Shown: positions 17,684-25,996 of the stretch, piece after piece
Numbering within the stretch: the first letter of the stretch is position 1
Layout: every line of letters starts with the position of its first letter
DNA from: a virus
Taxonomy: Duplodnaviria; Caudoviricetes
Virus record (IMG/VR): IMGVR_UViG_3300037424_002340
Span: 1 to 40,908 of that record
Length of the DNA stretch: 40,908 nucleotides
Direction: 5' to 3' (one strand)
The notes under the pieces: generated by a model
What the model was told of the DNA's origin: nothing
Database searches by the model: none
Seen by the model: only the letters and a program-made list of their open reading frames with translations
Translations under genes and position numbers: made by a program

Positions 17684-17956
17684 TTTTTGTCCGTTTCACA
17701 CCTCCCGCCTTTCCCGCTTACGGCATCTGTTTGTCCGTTGGCCTCTTTTGATTGTCGATTGTTGATTGTTGATTGTTGATTGGTAATTCTTTTCAATCAT
17801 CAATCGCCAATCATCAATCATCAATCTAAATAGGGGATTTGATGAGTGTCTTGTTGCTGATGACAAGAACTTTCGGAATGTCCCGATTCTCGGGATCCCG
17901 CTCCCGTTTCGGGATCCCATAAGCGGGAAAGGCGGGAGGTGTCGGAATGGACAAGA
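17684..17956. mobile_element. Composite nested palindromic element
   Basis: Contains the 216-bp duplicate of 6478-6693; outer inverted repeat ACACCTCCCGCCTTTCCCGCTTA / TAAGCGGGAAAGGCGGGAGGTGT. Confidence 0.8.
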
Positions 17957-17963
17957 CACTCCT

Positions 17964-18569
17964 TTACAAGAAATTCAAATCACCGTTCAAATTCCATTTC
18001 CATTGAAGCGGTGTTTGAGTTGATAAAGCAACTGGCAAAAACTTCCATGCCAGAATATTGCTCCCCTGGCAATCCCTTTTCCACAAAGTATCAACATTGT
18101 ATCCCCATCTCATCAAATCCTCTGGATACATAGATGATACATGAGTTTCATGAATGTTTCCATCAAAGCAACCTTGCTCATAGATTCCCCAGGGACACCC
18201 CAAAATCACCAGGCTAGTTGCCAGCAACTCAAGATTAGCAAGAATTTTCGGAACATCCTCACGGAGAACATGCTCGGGGCCGTGATACCAAATCACAACC
18301 GAAAAACTTTTCGGTTCAAAGAATTTCTCAACATCTCTAACATCGCCCAGCACAAAGTGAAAATCCTTGTATTCCGGTCGGGATTGGAGATTTTGGATAT
18401 TCGGCTCGTAAATCTCCAATATTGTAGTCTGCATCGGATTGAGAAATTCCAAAAACGAAACCCTATTCTTTGATGCACCTATGTAGAGATACTTTCCCGG
18501 AAGTAAAAAGGCGATGGGAATACATCTATTGAGTTGTTCCACTCTTGCCTCATAAGATGTTTCTAGCAT
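17964..18569 (-). CDS. Class I SAM-dependent methyltransferase-like protein
   Basis: YLYIGAS, ILEIY, GDVRDV, HGPEHV pattern. Confidence 0.65.
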   Translation of the reverse strand: MLETSYEARVEQLNRCIPIAFLLPGKYLYIGASKNRVSFLEFLNPMQTTILEIYEPNIQNLQSRPEYKDFHFVLGDVRDVEKFFEPKSFSVVIWYHGPEHVLREDVPKILANLELLATSLVILGCPWGIYEQGCFDGNIHETHVSSMYPEDLMRWGYNVDTLWKRDCQGSNILAWKFLPVALSTQTPLQWKWNLNGDLNFL

Positions 18570-19311
18570 GATGCTAACGCCCTCCTTTTCTCAAATGGAT
18601 TCGGTGGCAGCGAATAGAGTTGAGGCGCATCCATTGGCGGATTCTCAAAACTGTGGGGGACTAAAATAGATGCGATGTCTTCAGAAAACACAAGCTGTAT
18701 ATTGATATTTTTTACGCAAGCATGGAGATTTTCCACTTCGCTACGATTATAAATAATATACGCATTGGCAGTAGAGTTGATACATTCTCGATAGAGCAAT
18801 AGTTGCCCTATGGCCTTATATAAAGTATTAATAGTAAGCACATCTTTCACTTCATATATACAAGTCTCGGTAATTATGTCAATAAAACCGGCCAAACAAC
18901 GTTTTTGACGTTCAACCTTTATGCCTTTTGATACCAACAAGTCATAAAGATTATCCTCAAGTTTCTTTTCGTTAAAAGTATATTCCGCTTTTCTGTGTCT
19001 GCGTCGCCGTGTATTGATGAATCTATTCAAACAGTTCTCATAAAAGAGAGTTACAGCCGGAGCACACAAGAGTCGTTTATGCGTTATCAGTCGTTTAAAG
19101 TCATCCAAATCTTGCCCCTCAGAGTCTCGAAGTCAGTACGTTCTTTCAGATATGATTCCTCTTGCAAAAATTTATAAACCGCATCGCTCGGATTTTTCAA
19201 TCCAGCGGCTTCGGCTATCTCCGTTGCAATCCAACACGGATTACCTCGCCATCGGATGGCGGGAATATCAATTTCCCCAAATGGTGTCGTTGTTAAAACC
19301 AACTCGTTCAT
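18563..19311 (-). pseudogene. BRO-N/antirepressor-like domain plus PD-(D/E)XK nuclease, split by a frameshift near 19112
   Basis: AGGAGG-MNELV..PCWIATEIAEAAG..DFETLRG continues in another frame as DLDDFKRL..VTLFYE..; C-terminal IDIITETCIYEVK..AIGQLLLY. Confidence 0.65.
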
Positions 19312-19346
19312 CTGACACCTCCTATAACACCAGGCACCGGACACTC

Positions 19347-19550
19347 CTATAACACATACGGCATATTGGGGCATTGTTTAGTAAGCCAATCAAACTTTTT
19401 AGTTATTTCGCATAACTCAACTGCAATTTTCTTGAGCACCGCTTGGTCATTCTCTTGATTATACAAATTTTCCAATCCTTGTTCATAGCGACCGAGCAAA
19501 CATTGCATTTCCACGTAATATCGCTGTTTTACCTCATCAAATTTTTCCAT
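19347..19550 (-). CDS. Hypothetical protein
   Basis: 67 aa, AGGAG RBS. Confidence 0.55.
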   Translation of the reverse strand: MEKFDEVKQRYYVEMQCLLGRYEQGLENLYNQENDQAVLKKIAVELCEITKKFDWLTKQCPNMPYVL

Positions 19551-19597
19551 TTCGTTTGACTTCCTCCTTGTTAATTATAAAATAACAACAATTTTTG

Positions 19598-19834
19598 TCA
19601 ATGCTTATTTTTTGCAATTTTCATAAGAGCATCTATCCGTTGCTCGTGAAAATCCCATTCTTTCATATTCCCTTTTGTGCGCTTTTTCATTGCCCGCAGT
19701 GCCAATATTGACCCCATCGTTACCTGATAAAAATTCCCACTGCCCACACCAAGAAACTCGACACCGCGCGGATATTTACCACTGCGGAGAAGGGAGTTGA
19801 GAAAATCAATTTTGCCCATAAATTTTTGTTGCAT
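19598..19834 (-). CDS. Hypothetical protein
   Basis: GAGGAG RBS before MQQKF; the ORF-track extension is the repeat array. Confidence 0.6.
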   Translation of the reverse strand: MQQKFMGKIDFLNSLLRSGKYPRGVEFLGVGSGNFYQVTMGSILALRAMKKRTKGNMKEWDFHEQRIDALMKIAKNKH

Positions 19835-19845
19835 GTTATCTCCTC

Positions 19846-19990
19846 TTTTTGTCCGTTTCACAAAAGATTCCGAGTGGGTGTGAAACGGACAAGACAATCT
19901 TTTTGTCCGTTTCACAAAAGATTCCGAGTGGGTGTGAAACGGACAAGACAATCTTTTTGTCCGTTTCACAAAAGATTCCGAGTGGGTGTG
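19846..19990. repeat. Tandem array of 2.7 identical 54-bp family A hairpin units
   Basis: Units at 19846, 19900 and 19954; 50-bp hairpin plus AATC. Confidence 0.95.
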
Positions 19991-20319
19991 CCAGGAACGT
20001 TCTCAATGACGTAGGGAACGCCAGACGAAATAAGTATTTCCCTGCAAGGGGTAAGCAAATCTGGGTAATCCAACCAATCAATCGAATGGCGGCTTTGATT
20101 AAACGACCGCGCTCGCATAAAACGTTGGCACGGCGGACTTGCGTGAATAAGGTCAAAATCACGCAAATTGACCGGCGGATTAAGTGCGTCTGCCTGGATG
20201 AATTTGAATGGATACCGCGGCTGAGGCGAAATATCTATACCCAGAATATCAGCAAAACCAGCCTGAAAATATCCCATTGCCGCTCCACCCGCACCGCAAA
20301 AAAGGTCTAATAGCCTCAT
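19966..20319 (-). pseudogene. Truncated C5-cytosine DNA methyltransferase
   Basis: LDLFCGAGG, SPPCQ and IENV motifs, then runs into the hairpin array and stops; motifs VIII-X absent. Confidence 0.85.
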
Positions 20320-20981
20320 TTCAAAAGCCTCCTGAGATTTTGCTTGATTATTACCTGTGTGAATTGTTGCAGTTCCGCAATTAACAACTTGATTTCTTGT
20401 GGTGATGGCTCTGGCAAAGTATGTCCCTTGCTATCTGCACCAATAGTAATTAACGCGGGTTGAGCATACTGCAATAATTCTACAAAGTCATCCTTGTCAA
20501 AATCCAATATTGGTTCAACCGTTACCTGCGTCTCAAGCCCACGAAAACGTAATTCGCGCATGCACTCCGCGCGCTCAAACATAGCGGCGGGCGATTTTGA
20601 AATAGCTACGTCACGATTTGTTTCAATTGTTGTACATGCGATGCTTTTGGGTGGAAAGCGAAGGTAAAAGTCGAAAAATCGTAAGGGGTTTTTGCTCTGA
20701 AAAAGATATTTATTCTCTGGATACTTTCTGCAATGAGAAAGGACACTCTCTATCCATTCGGAAGGCACATTCTCGGCAAACATATCCGTAGAACTGCCAA
20801 CAAAAATATAGTTGCCCTCACCTAAGCCAGTTTGAAACTCAGAGTTATCCAACTTCAGCGGACCCAGTTTGAACGCGCGCATGTAGCAATAATGGCAATC
20901 ATGCGAGCAGCGACCCTTAATAGCATTCCATGTATGCGAAACGTGCGCATACATATTGCCTTTTTGTTTATTTAGCCCCAT
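20316..20981 (-). CDS. Radical SAM-like protein (phage Gp37/Gp68, DUF5131-like)
   Basis: TWNAIKGRCSHDCHYCY (CxxxCxxC), IFVGSSTDMF, QSKNP, VTVEPI. Confidence 0.85.
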   Translation of the reverse strand: MGLNKQKGNMYAHVSHTWNAIKGRCSHDCHYCYMRAFKLGPLKLDNSEFQTGLGEGNYIFVGSSTDMFAENVPSEWIESVLSHCRKYPENKYLFQSKNPLRFFDFYLRFPPKSIACTTIETNRDVAISKSPAAMFERAECMRELRFRGLETQVTVEPILDFDKDDFVELLQYAQPALITIGADSKGHTLPEPSPQEIKLLIAELQQFTQVIIKQNLRRLLK

Positions 20982-21496
20982 ATCTCGCTCCTAAAAAATT
21001 CATCAAATGAGAGAAAACAGGGAATACCAAGCCGATTATACATCGGCTTTAATATTCCACTGTAATCATCATCTATTGCCGCGATAAAGTGATAATATTT
21101 TTTCTCCTCGTATAGTGGAAGCATTCGCAACCACGTAATATTATCCTCTTTAACTTCATAAGCTGGTCTCAAATCGTCCCTGCCTCGCATTTCAAGCCCA
21201 TTGCGCAAACCAAAGGGGACAGGAAAATGTCTCTCTCTGAGAGCTGCCAGAGTACCAACCCAACAACGCTTACTTCGCCCGGTTAGATAAATTATTTCAA
21301 AGCGATGACTGATTTTTGAGACATTTTCAGACGCGCCAGGCAATATTGGGTCAAGCATTACTTCCTCATTACTAAATGCTTTATTCCAGTCGATTATACC
21401 ACTCGCATCTTTGCACCGCTCAAGGCGTGGCATGGCATCAAAGCACACACCGTCGAGGTCGATAATAATTGTGTCTCTTGTTTCAACAGAACCCAT
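20972..21496 (-). CDS. HAD phosphatase (PNK 3'-phosphatase-like)
   Basis: IDLDGV, YLTGR, MR..DDLRP..VK, AIDDD motifs. Confidence 0.8.
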   Translation of the reverse strand: MGSVETRDTIIIDLDGVCFDAMPRLERCKDASGIIDWNKAFSNEEVMLDPILPGASENVSKISHRFEIIYLTGRSKRCWVGTLAALRERHFPVPFGLRNGLEMRGRDDLRPAYEVKEDNITWLRMLPLYEEKKYYHFIAAIDDDYSGILKPMYNRLGIPCFLSFDEFFRSEIWG

Positions 21497-21524
21497 TTTC
21501 GTCTCTCCTTTTTACACGGGACTT

Positions 21525-21836
21525 TCAGGAAGGATGAACAAAGTGATTGCCATACAATAATACAATAGGTTCATATTCTCTGGCGAATGCCACAGTTTTT
21601 GAGAGTTCTTCTTTTTGTGGTATCGTGGGTTTGATTTCAAGATATTTATCAAGAGTATTCAAATAAAAATCTGGAATATATGAACCTTCAACCAGCGAAT
21701 AGGGACCATAGGTAACTTCAAATATTTTAGGTTCGTATTCAAATTCAATATTTAAAGCATCAAAAAATACTGCCCATTTAGCTTCTAAATGAGAGCGATA
21801 TAATGTTCCATTGTAGGTAGTCTTATTAGATTCCAT
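21525..21836 (-). CDS. PD-(D/E)XK nuclease-like protein
   Basis: YRSHLEAKWA..FEYEP..YIPDF..YLEIKP. Confidence 0.8.
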   Translation of the reverse strand: MESNKTTYNGTLYRSHLEAKWAVFFDALNIEFEYEPKIFEVTYGPYSLVEGSYIPDFYLNTLDKYLEIKPTIPQKEELSKTVAFAREYEPIVLLYGNHFVHPS

Positions 21837-21863
21837 TTCTTCTATCCTTAATTTTTCACAATC

Positions 21864-22200
21864 GAATAATTCGCAAAGTCATTTTTATCAGTCACAGTAG
21901 GCGTTCAGACAAATAATTCGCAAATAATTCGCAATAATTCGCATCGTCAAAACCGTCGAGAAGTCAATCAGCATCTACGTTTCAGCGAATAATTCGCAAA
22001 ATTCGCAAAATTCGCACTTCTATATAAAAATATAAAATTTTAAATCTTAACATTACCAACAAAAAAAAATGCGAATTATGCGAATTATTCATAATAATAT
22101 AATAATAATAATAATATTTATATATATAATAAGGGTTCATGGCATTTTGAATAATTCGCAACGGTTAGCGAATTATTGCGAATTATTGCGAATTATTCGA
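21864..22200. promoter_or_regulatory. Putative replication origin: AATAATTCGCA-type repeats around an AT-rich core
   Basis: More than 10 direct and inverted copies of the AATTCGC core; AT-rich 22020-22130; directly downstream of the primase. Confidence 0.7.
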
Positions 22201-24577
22201 GCACATTTTCAATTAAACGAAAAACTGGCGTTGACTTTCGACTTCCTTGCCGCTTCTTGTTTTGTACTATGATTCGTCCAACTTTTTGCAAATTCTCCAA
22301 TGCCTGATTGAGCTTGTAGGAGTCAATATGTTTTTGGAAATATTTATATAACTCTGTTTTTGACTTCCCCCCATTGGCACATGCTTCAAGGATTTGTTGT
22401 TCTGTTTGTTGCGATTCAGTCAAACCATAGCTTTTAAACAAAACACAAATACACTCATGCCAGTATCGTCCCGTGACGATGGCTGCCTCCATTTGTTCGG
22501 GCGAAATTTCTGGGACAGTATTTTCCACCATAGCATATTGCAAAGAAAGTTTTCTAATCTGGTCTGGCAGTCTCCCAGTGATTGGGTCAATGACATCATT
22601 TTCATTTTGATAAAACCATTCATCATAATACTGCTTCCATAATTGGCGTGCTTGGGGATGTAATTGAAATCGTGTATTCGCCCATCGGCGACGTGCGGCC
22701 ACAAGTTTCTGTACGACACGATTGAGTTTATCAAAATCGGGTTCTGGTGGGTCATCATTCGGTCCTTTGCGGTCGCCAATGAAATACGAAAATCGGTTGG
22801 TGAATCCTCCTTCGGTTTCCTCGTTGGTCAGGGCGCGCAAGAGCCGTCCGATGGTAGTTGTAGTAATTAGCGAACACGAAGGATTTATCGCACTCAAAGG
22901 GGAAGTGCGAGTAGGATTATCTAATTTATCGCGGTTATCATAGGCGGCAATGAGCATCTCCGTCAACCCCGCGGAACTTTCTTTCCCAGCTTTTTTGAGC
23001 AATCCAGAAAATTCAGGGATATAGCATAGCAATCGCACTCCCTCATAATTGGCAACACCCTCCGATAGCCGTATTTTCTGGGCTCGGTATTTTGCCGGCG
23101 CTTGCTCAAAAGCTATTTCTCTAGCCTCGATGCGGGCATCAATTTCGGCTTCCTCTTTTTCATAGAGCGCAGAAAATAAATTGATAAAACCTTCGGCGCT
23201 TGCCAGTCCGCTATAATATAGTACATTTGGGTCACAACGTTGGAGTAAGTCAATGGCTTTCTCTGCTGCTGTTGTTTTGCGCGAGCGTGCTGTCACGCCT
23301 ACTATGCAAGAATAAAAATTAGGATATAATCTCCTTGCATACCACATCCAACCTCTACGACCTAAGATGGCGCCGGTTGCCGTGAGTATACTGGCAAAGA
23401 GAAACTCGTCCGAGGCTTCTGTTGTATTGGTGTGCGCGTCGCGGAAATCCGCAAAGACACCTCGCCAGGCAATCTCAGGAAGCGATGGAAATACTTTGAT
23501 GCCGTGGACATCCTTAAAGGCCGGTAGAAGCTCGTTCTCTTCCACAAAATGCGATAGTGTATCCTCGTGTGGAGGAGCGTCATCTATCGGCCTTTTCGGT
23601 AGCTTTGATTCTTTATCCAAGCCAGGGATAGCTGGTTCTCGTTGCGGGTGCTCGTAAGCCGATTTCAAGGTAGCTTGAGCCTCCTTCTCAGTGTATAGCT
23701 TCTCTCCCTGCGGGACCCCCTGAGCATATCGCCTCATGTAAGGTTCAACCTCAGTCTCCGATAAGCCCAAGTCCCGAAGTTGGCAAGCCAACCAGAAGCC
23801 CGTATCATTCCGCTTCCCTATATCAGCCTGTGTAAGTGCCCGCTTCAGGTAATACTCAGCCACCTTGTTAGGGTCAAGCTCCGGCACTTTCGAAACCTCG
23901 TTAGAAAATGGTACTCTATTAGGCTCTGATTCTTCAGATAGTTCCCCCATTTCTATCAAATCTTTAATCTGCTCAGGGGTTGCGCGTCTGATTGATTTCA
24001 GAAATGTCCACTGGTCGGGATAGGGCTTGTAGTGGTCAAGGGCATCGAGAAATATCGTTTTCTCTTTTGGCACATCCGCCCCAAAAAGTGGCAGATTGAT
24101 ATAATTCCCATATCCGAAGCTGCCGTCAGTATGCTTGATAGTATTTTGCTTCGGAAACATCTCATATATTTTGGCTTCTACATCCCTTTCCAGAACGGAG
24201 CTCGCATAATAAATAATTGCCCGCGCCCATTTCGCTTCAAGAAGCTCGGAAAAGAATACCCACACATGATATCCTTTCGACTTGCTTCTCTCGACGTAGC
24301 AGGGGATACCAAGATGGTCGATTGCCTCGGCTACAATAGCCGCGTAGCCAAGCTCATTGATATCAATATCCGCCGCTATCCACCATGTACCATTGCCGTT
24401 GAGTTGTTCAGGCGTGAGCGGGTAAATGCCTACGCGGCTTTTGCCTTGAATGTGCGCCCTAAGCACAGCGTCTGACACTTTTGCTTTTACTGCCTCTGCC
24501 GACCCTGCGCCATAAGCATCCGCGCGACCCTTGAATGTCTCACGTAAGAGGTTGATTTTCTCAAATTCATTCATCAT
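22193..24577 (-). CDS. AEP-type primase with PriCT domain and DUF3987-like helicase domain
   Basis: GIYPL, ADID, ERSKSKGYHVW, FPKQ, GNYINLPL; GKRNDTGF PriCT; GVTARSRKTT degenerate P-loop, GFTNRF. Confidence 0.88.
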   Translation of the reverse strand: MMNEFEKINLLRETFKGRADAYGAGSAEAVKAKVSDAVLRAHIQGKSRVGIYPLTPEQLNGNGTWWIAADIDINELGYAAIVAEAIDHLGIPCYVERSKSKGYHVWVFFSELLEAKWARAIIYYASSVLERDVEAKIYEMFPKQNTIKHTDGSFGYGNYINLPLFGADVPKEKTIFLDALDHYKPYPDQWTFLKSIRRATPEQIKDLIEMGELSEESEPNRVPFSNEVSKVPELDPNKVAEYYLKRALTQADIGKRNDTGFWLACQLRDLGLSETEVEPYMRRYAQGVPQGEKLYTEKEAQATLKSAYEHPQREPAIPGLDKESKLPKRPIDDAPPHEDTLSHFVEENELLPAFKDVHGIKVFPSLPEIAWRGVFADFRDAHTNTTEASDEFLFASILTATGAILGRRGWMWYARRLYPNFYSCIVGVTARSRKTTAAEKAIDLLQRCDPNVLYYSGLASAEGFINLFSALYEKEEAEIDARIEAREIAFEQAPAKYRAQKIRLSEGVANYEGVRLLCYIPEFSGLLKKAGKESSAGLTEMLIAAYDNRDKLDNPTRTSPLSAINPSCSLITTTTIGRLLRALTNEETEGGFTNRFSYFIGDRKGPNDDPPEPDFDKLNRVVQKLVAARRRWANTRFQLHPQARQLWKQYYDEWFYQNENDVIDPITGRLPDQIRKLSLQYAMVENTVPEISPEQMEAAIVTGRYWHECICVLFKSYGLTESQQTEQQILEACANGGKSKTELYKYFQKHIDSYKLNQALENLQKVGRIIVQNKKRQGSRKSTPVFRLIENVLE
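23515..23596. mobile_element. Inverted doublet of family B REP-like elements in-frame in the primase linker
   Basis: TAAAGGCCGGTAG..CTCTTCCAC (23515-23545) and GTGGAGGAGCG..TATCGGCCTTT (23569-23595); near-match at 11435-11462. Confidence 0.7.
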
Positions 24578-24679
24578 GTCCTTCCCGGTCCCTTTCCTTT
24601 TTTTGCTGAATTATAGGGCGAGGGATATGGCCATACCCCCCGCCGTGTCCATGAAGGAAAGGATACATGGAACATATAT

Positions 24680-25153
24680 TCATTTTAGTTTTTGCGAACA
24701 ATCATCCCCACATCCAAACGCGTAGGGCGCGTCTGGAACTTTCATCCTCATGGAAAGCGGTATGTTCTCGCCAATGACATCCCACACATCAGAGCGGTCA
24801 TAAGACTTGAATTTAAGTTTTTTTGAAGTTGTTCTATCTGCAATTTCCTGGCAGATAGAATAATATTTTTCATCTACAGCAGTTGCCAGAAGGGTCATCG
24901 CAGTACTCACTGAAGCATGTTGTGCTGTGATTGATTTCAAAGTTGTTCTAAGTTTTTCAAATTGTACTAATTCCTCGAAATTCATGTTTTCTCCTTCTGT
25001 TTTTGCGCTTGTACTCAGCAATGGATTCTCATTGAAAAATTGCACCAGTGCACGTCTGTTTAATTCAGCCATTGAGATATTTTCAATATGTGCAAAATCT
25101 TTCAGTATTTGATAAATATTGTCATCTATCGTCGTTAAAAATCTTTTTTTCAT
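24680..25153 (-). CDS. Ribbon-helix-helix-like regulator with C-terminal extension
   Basis: MKKRFLTTIDDNIYQILKDFA..ISMAELNRRAL resembles RHH; first gene after the leftward promoter. Confidence 0.65.
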   Translation of the reverse strand: MKKRFLTTIDDNIYQILKDFAHIENISMAELNRRALVQFFNENPLLSTSAKTEGENMNFEELVQFEKLRTTLKSITAQHASVSTAMTLLATAVDEKYYSICQEIADRTTSKKLKFKSYDRSDVWDVIGENIPLSMRMKVPDAPYAFGCGDDCSQKLK

Positions 25154-25160
25154 AATTCTC

Positions 25161-25220
25161 ACTTGACTTAAATTTGAAAATATGATATAATTATATCATA
25201 TTAAAAGATTTTTGTCAAGT
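25161..25220. promoter_or_regulatory. Symmetric overlapping divergent sigma70 promoters with central 24-bp palindrome
   Basis: Plus: TTGACT(25163)-17-TATAAT(25186). Minus: TTGACA(25218)-17-TATAAT(25195). Perfect palindrome 25179-25202. Confidence 0.85.
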
Positions 25221-25469
25221 GAATTTTTGAGAAATATTTTTATGCTTATGTTTTGTCCCTTATAGTGCTTGATACAATAACGTTAATGTCAAAAATATAA
25301 TACAGGTGTATGAAAAATATTACAGTAGATGATACAACTTTACGAACTACTTTTCTTTAGTACCTTCAGAAACCCAGTCGTAGTATAGGTTGAAAATATA
25401 TTCTCCAAAATATTAACACTGGCACACAAGTTGCATATATAATGAGTAGAAATTTTGAAGGAGGGCATC

Positions 25470-25757
25470 ATGAAAGTTAAGTTTGAGACAAAGTGCGAAA
25501 TCTGTGGAAAGGCACTCCCCGTTGGTTCAGAGGCGGAGGGCATAAAAGAGGAAAAATGGTATTTTTATTGTCCCGATTGTTTCCAAATCTACGAAGACGC
25601 AAATAAATTCTACGATTTTTTGGAAACTTCAGACAAAAGCCGCGAAATCAAAAAGGAAATGCGGCAATATGTCAATGAGAATCATTGTCCTCGTGAAGTG
25701 GCCGAAGCGATAATGTTTCGGAAATATTTTTGTCCCTTGTACTCTTTTTGTTGCTGA
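25470..25757 (+). CDS. Small zinc-finger protein
   Basis: AGGAGG RBS; CEIC...CPDC; last codons run into the family C element. Confidence 0.7.
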   Translation: MKVKFETKCEICGKALPVGSEAEGIKEEKWYFYCPDCFQIYEDANKFYDFLETSDKSREIKKEMRQYVNENHCPREVAEAIMFRKYFCPLYSFCC

Positions 25758-25853
25758 TGACACCCAATCCGAAAGTTCTTGTCATCAGCAACAAGACACT
25801 CAGCAACGCCCCTATTAATAGGGGATTTGACGAGGCCAACGGACAAAACATAT
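25724..25853. mobile_element. Family C element carrying a nested family A hairpin (25745-25797)
   Basis: Inner 53-bp hairpin flanked by ACTC on both sides; uninterrupted shell at 11797-11863. Confidence 0.82.
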
Positions 25854-25909
25854 TTTTCAGCGTAATGGGTCAAAACTTTTAAGTATAATCTGCATTTGTA
25901 GTAAGTACA

Positions 25910-25953
25910 AAAACAAAGCCGTCATCCGACGGAATCAGTTGACGGCTTTGTTT
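25910..25953. terminator. Putative bidirectional terminator hairpin
   Basis: AAAACAAAGCCGTCA ... TGACGGCTTTGTTTT. Confidence 0.65.
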
Positions 25954-25996
25954 TGAAAAATAATAGTATTAAACTTAGGAAAGGAAAGTATACAAT

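Noticed and set aside
17696-17959. 87-aa ORF containing YQSTINNQQSTI
   Set aside because: Entirely repeat-element sequence; the same peptide appears as a false N-terminus of 38408-38896
19846-19990. CRISPR-like array
   Set aside because: Units are identical with no unique spacers, and no cas genes are present; it is a tandem of the hairpin element
19826-20310. Overlapping ORFs with 18-aa repeats
   Set aside because: Open frames of the 54-bp array, not independent genes
22069-22272. Ile-rich 67-aa ORF
   Set aside because: Translation of the AT-rich origin-like repeats
22720-22738. GATTGAGTTTATCAAAATC in the primase, 18/19 match to intergenic 27562-27580
   Set aside because: May be another in-frame element, but too short to separate from chance without a search
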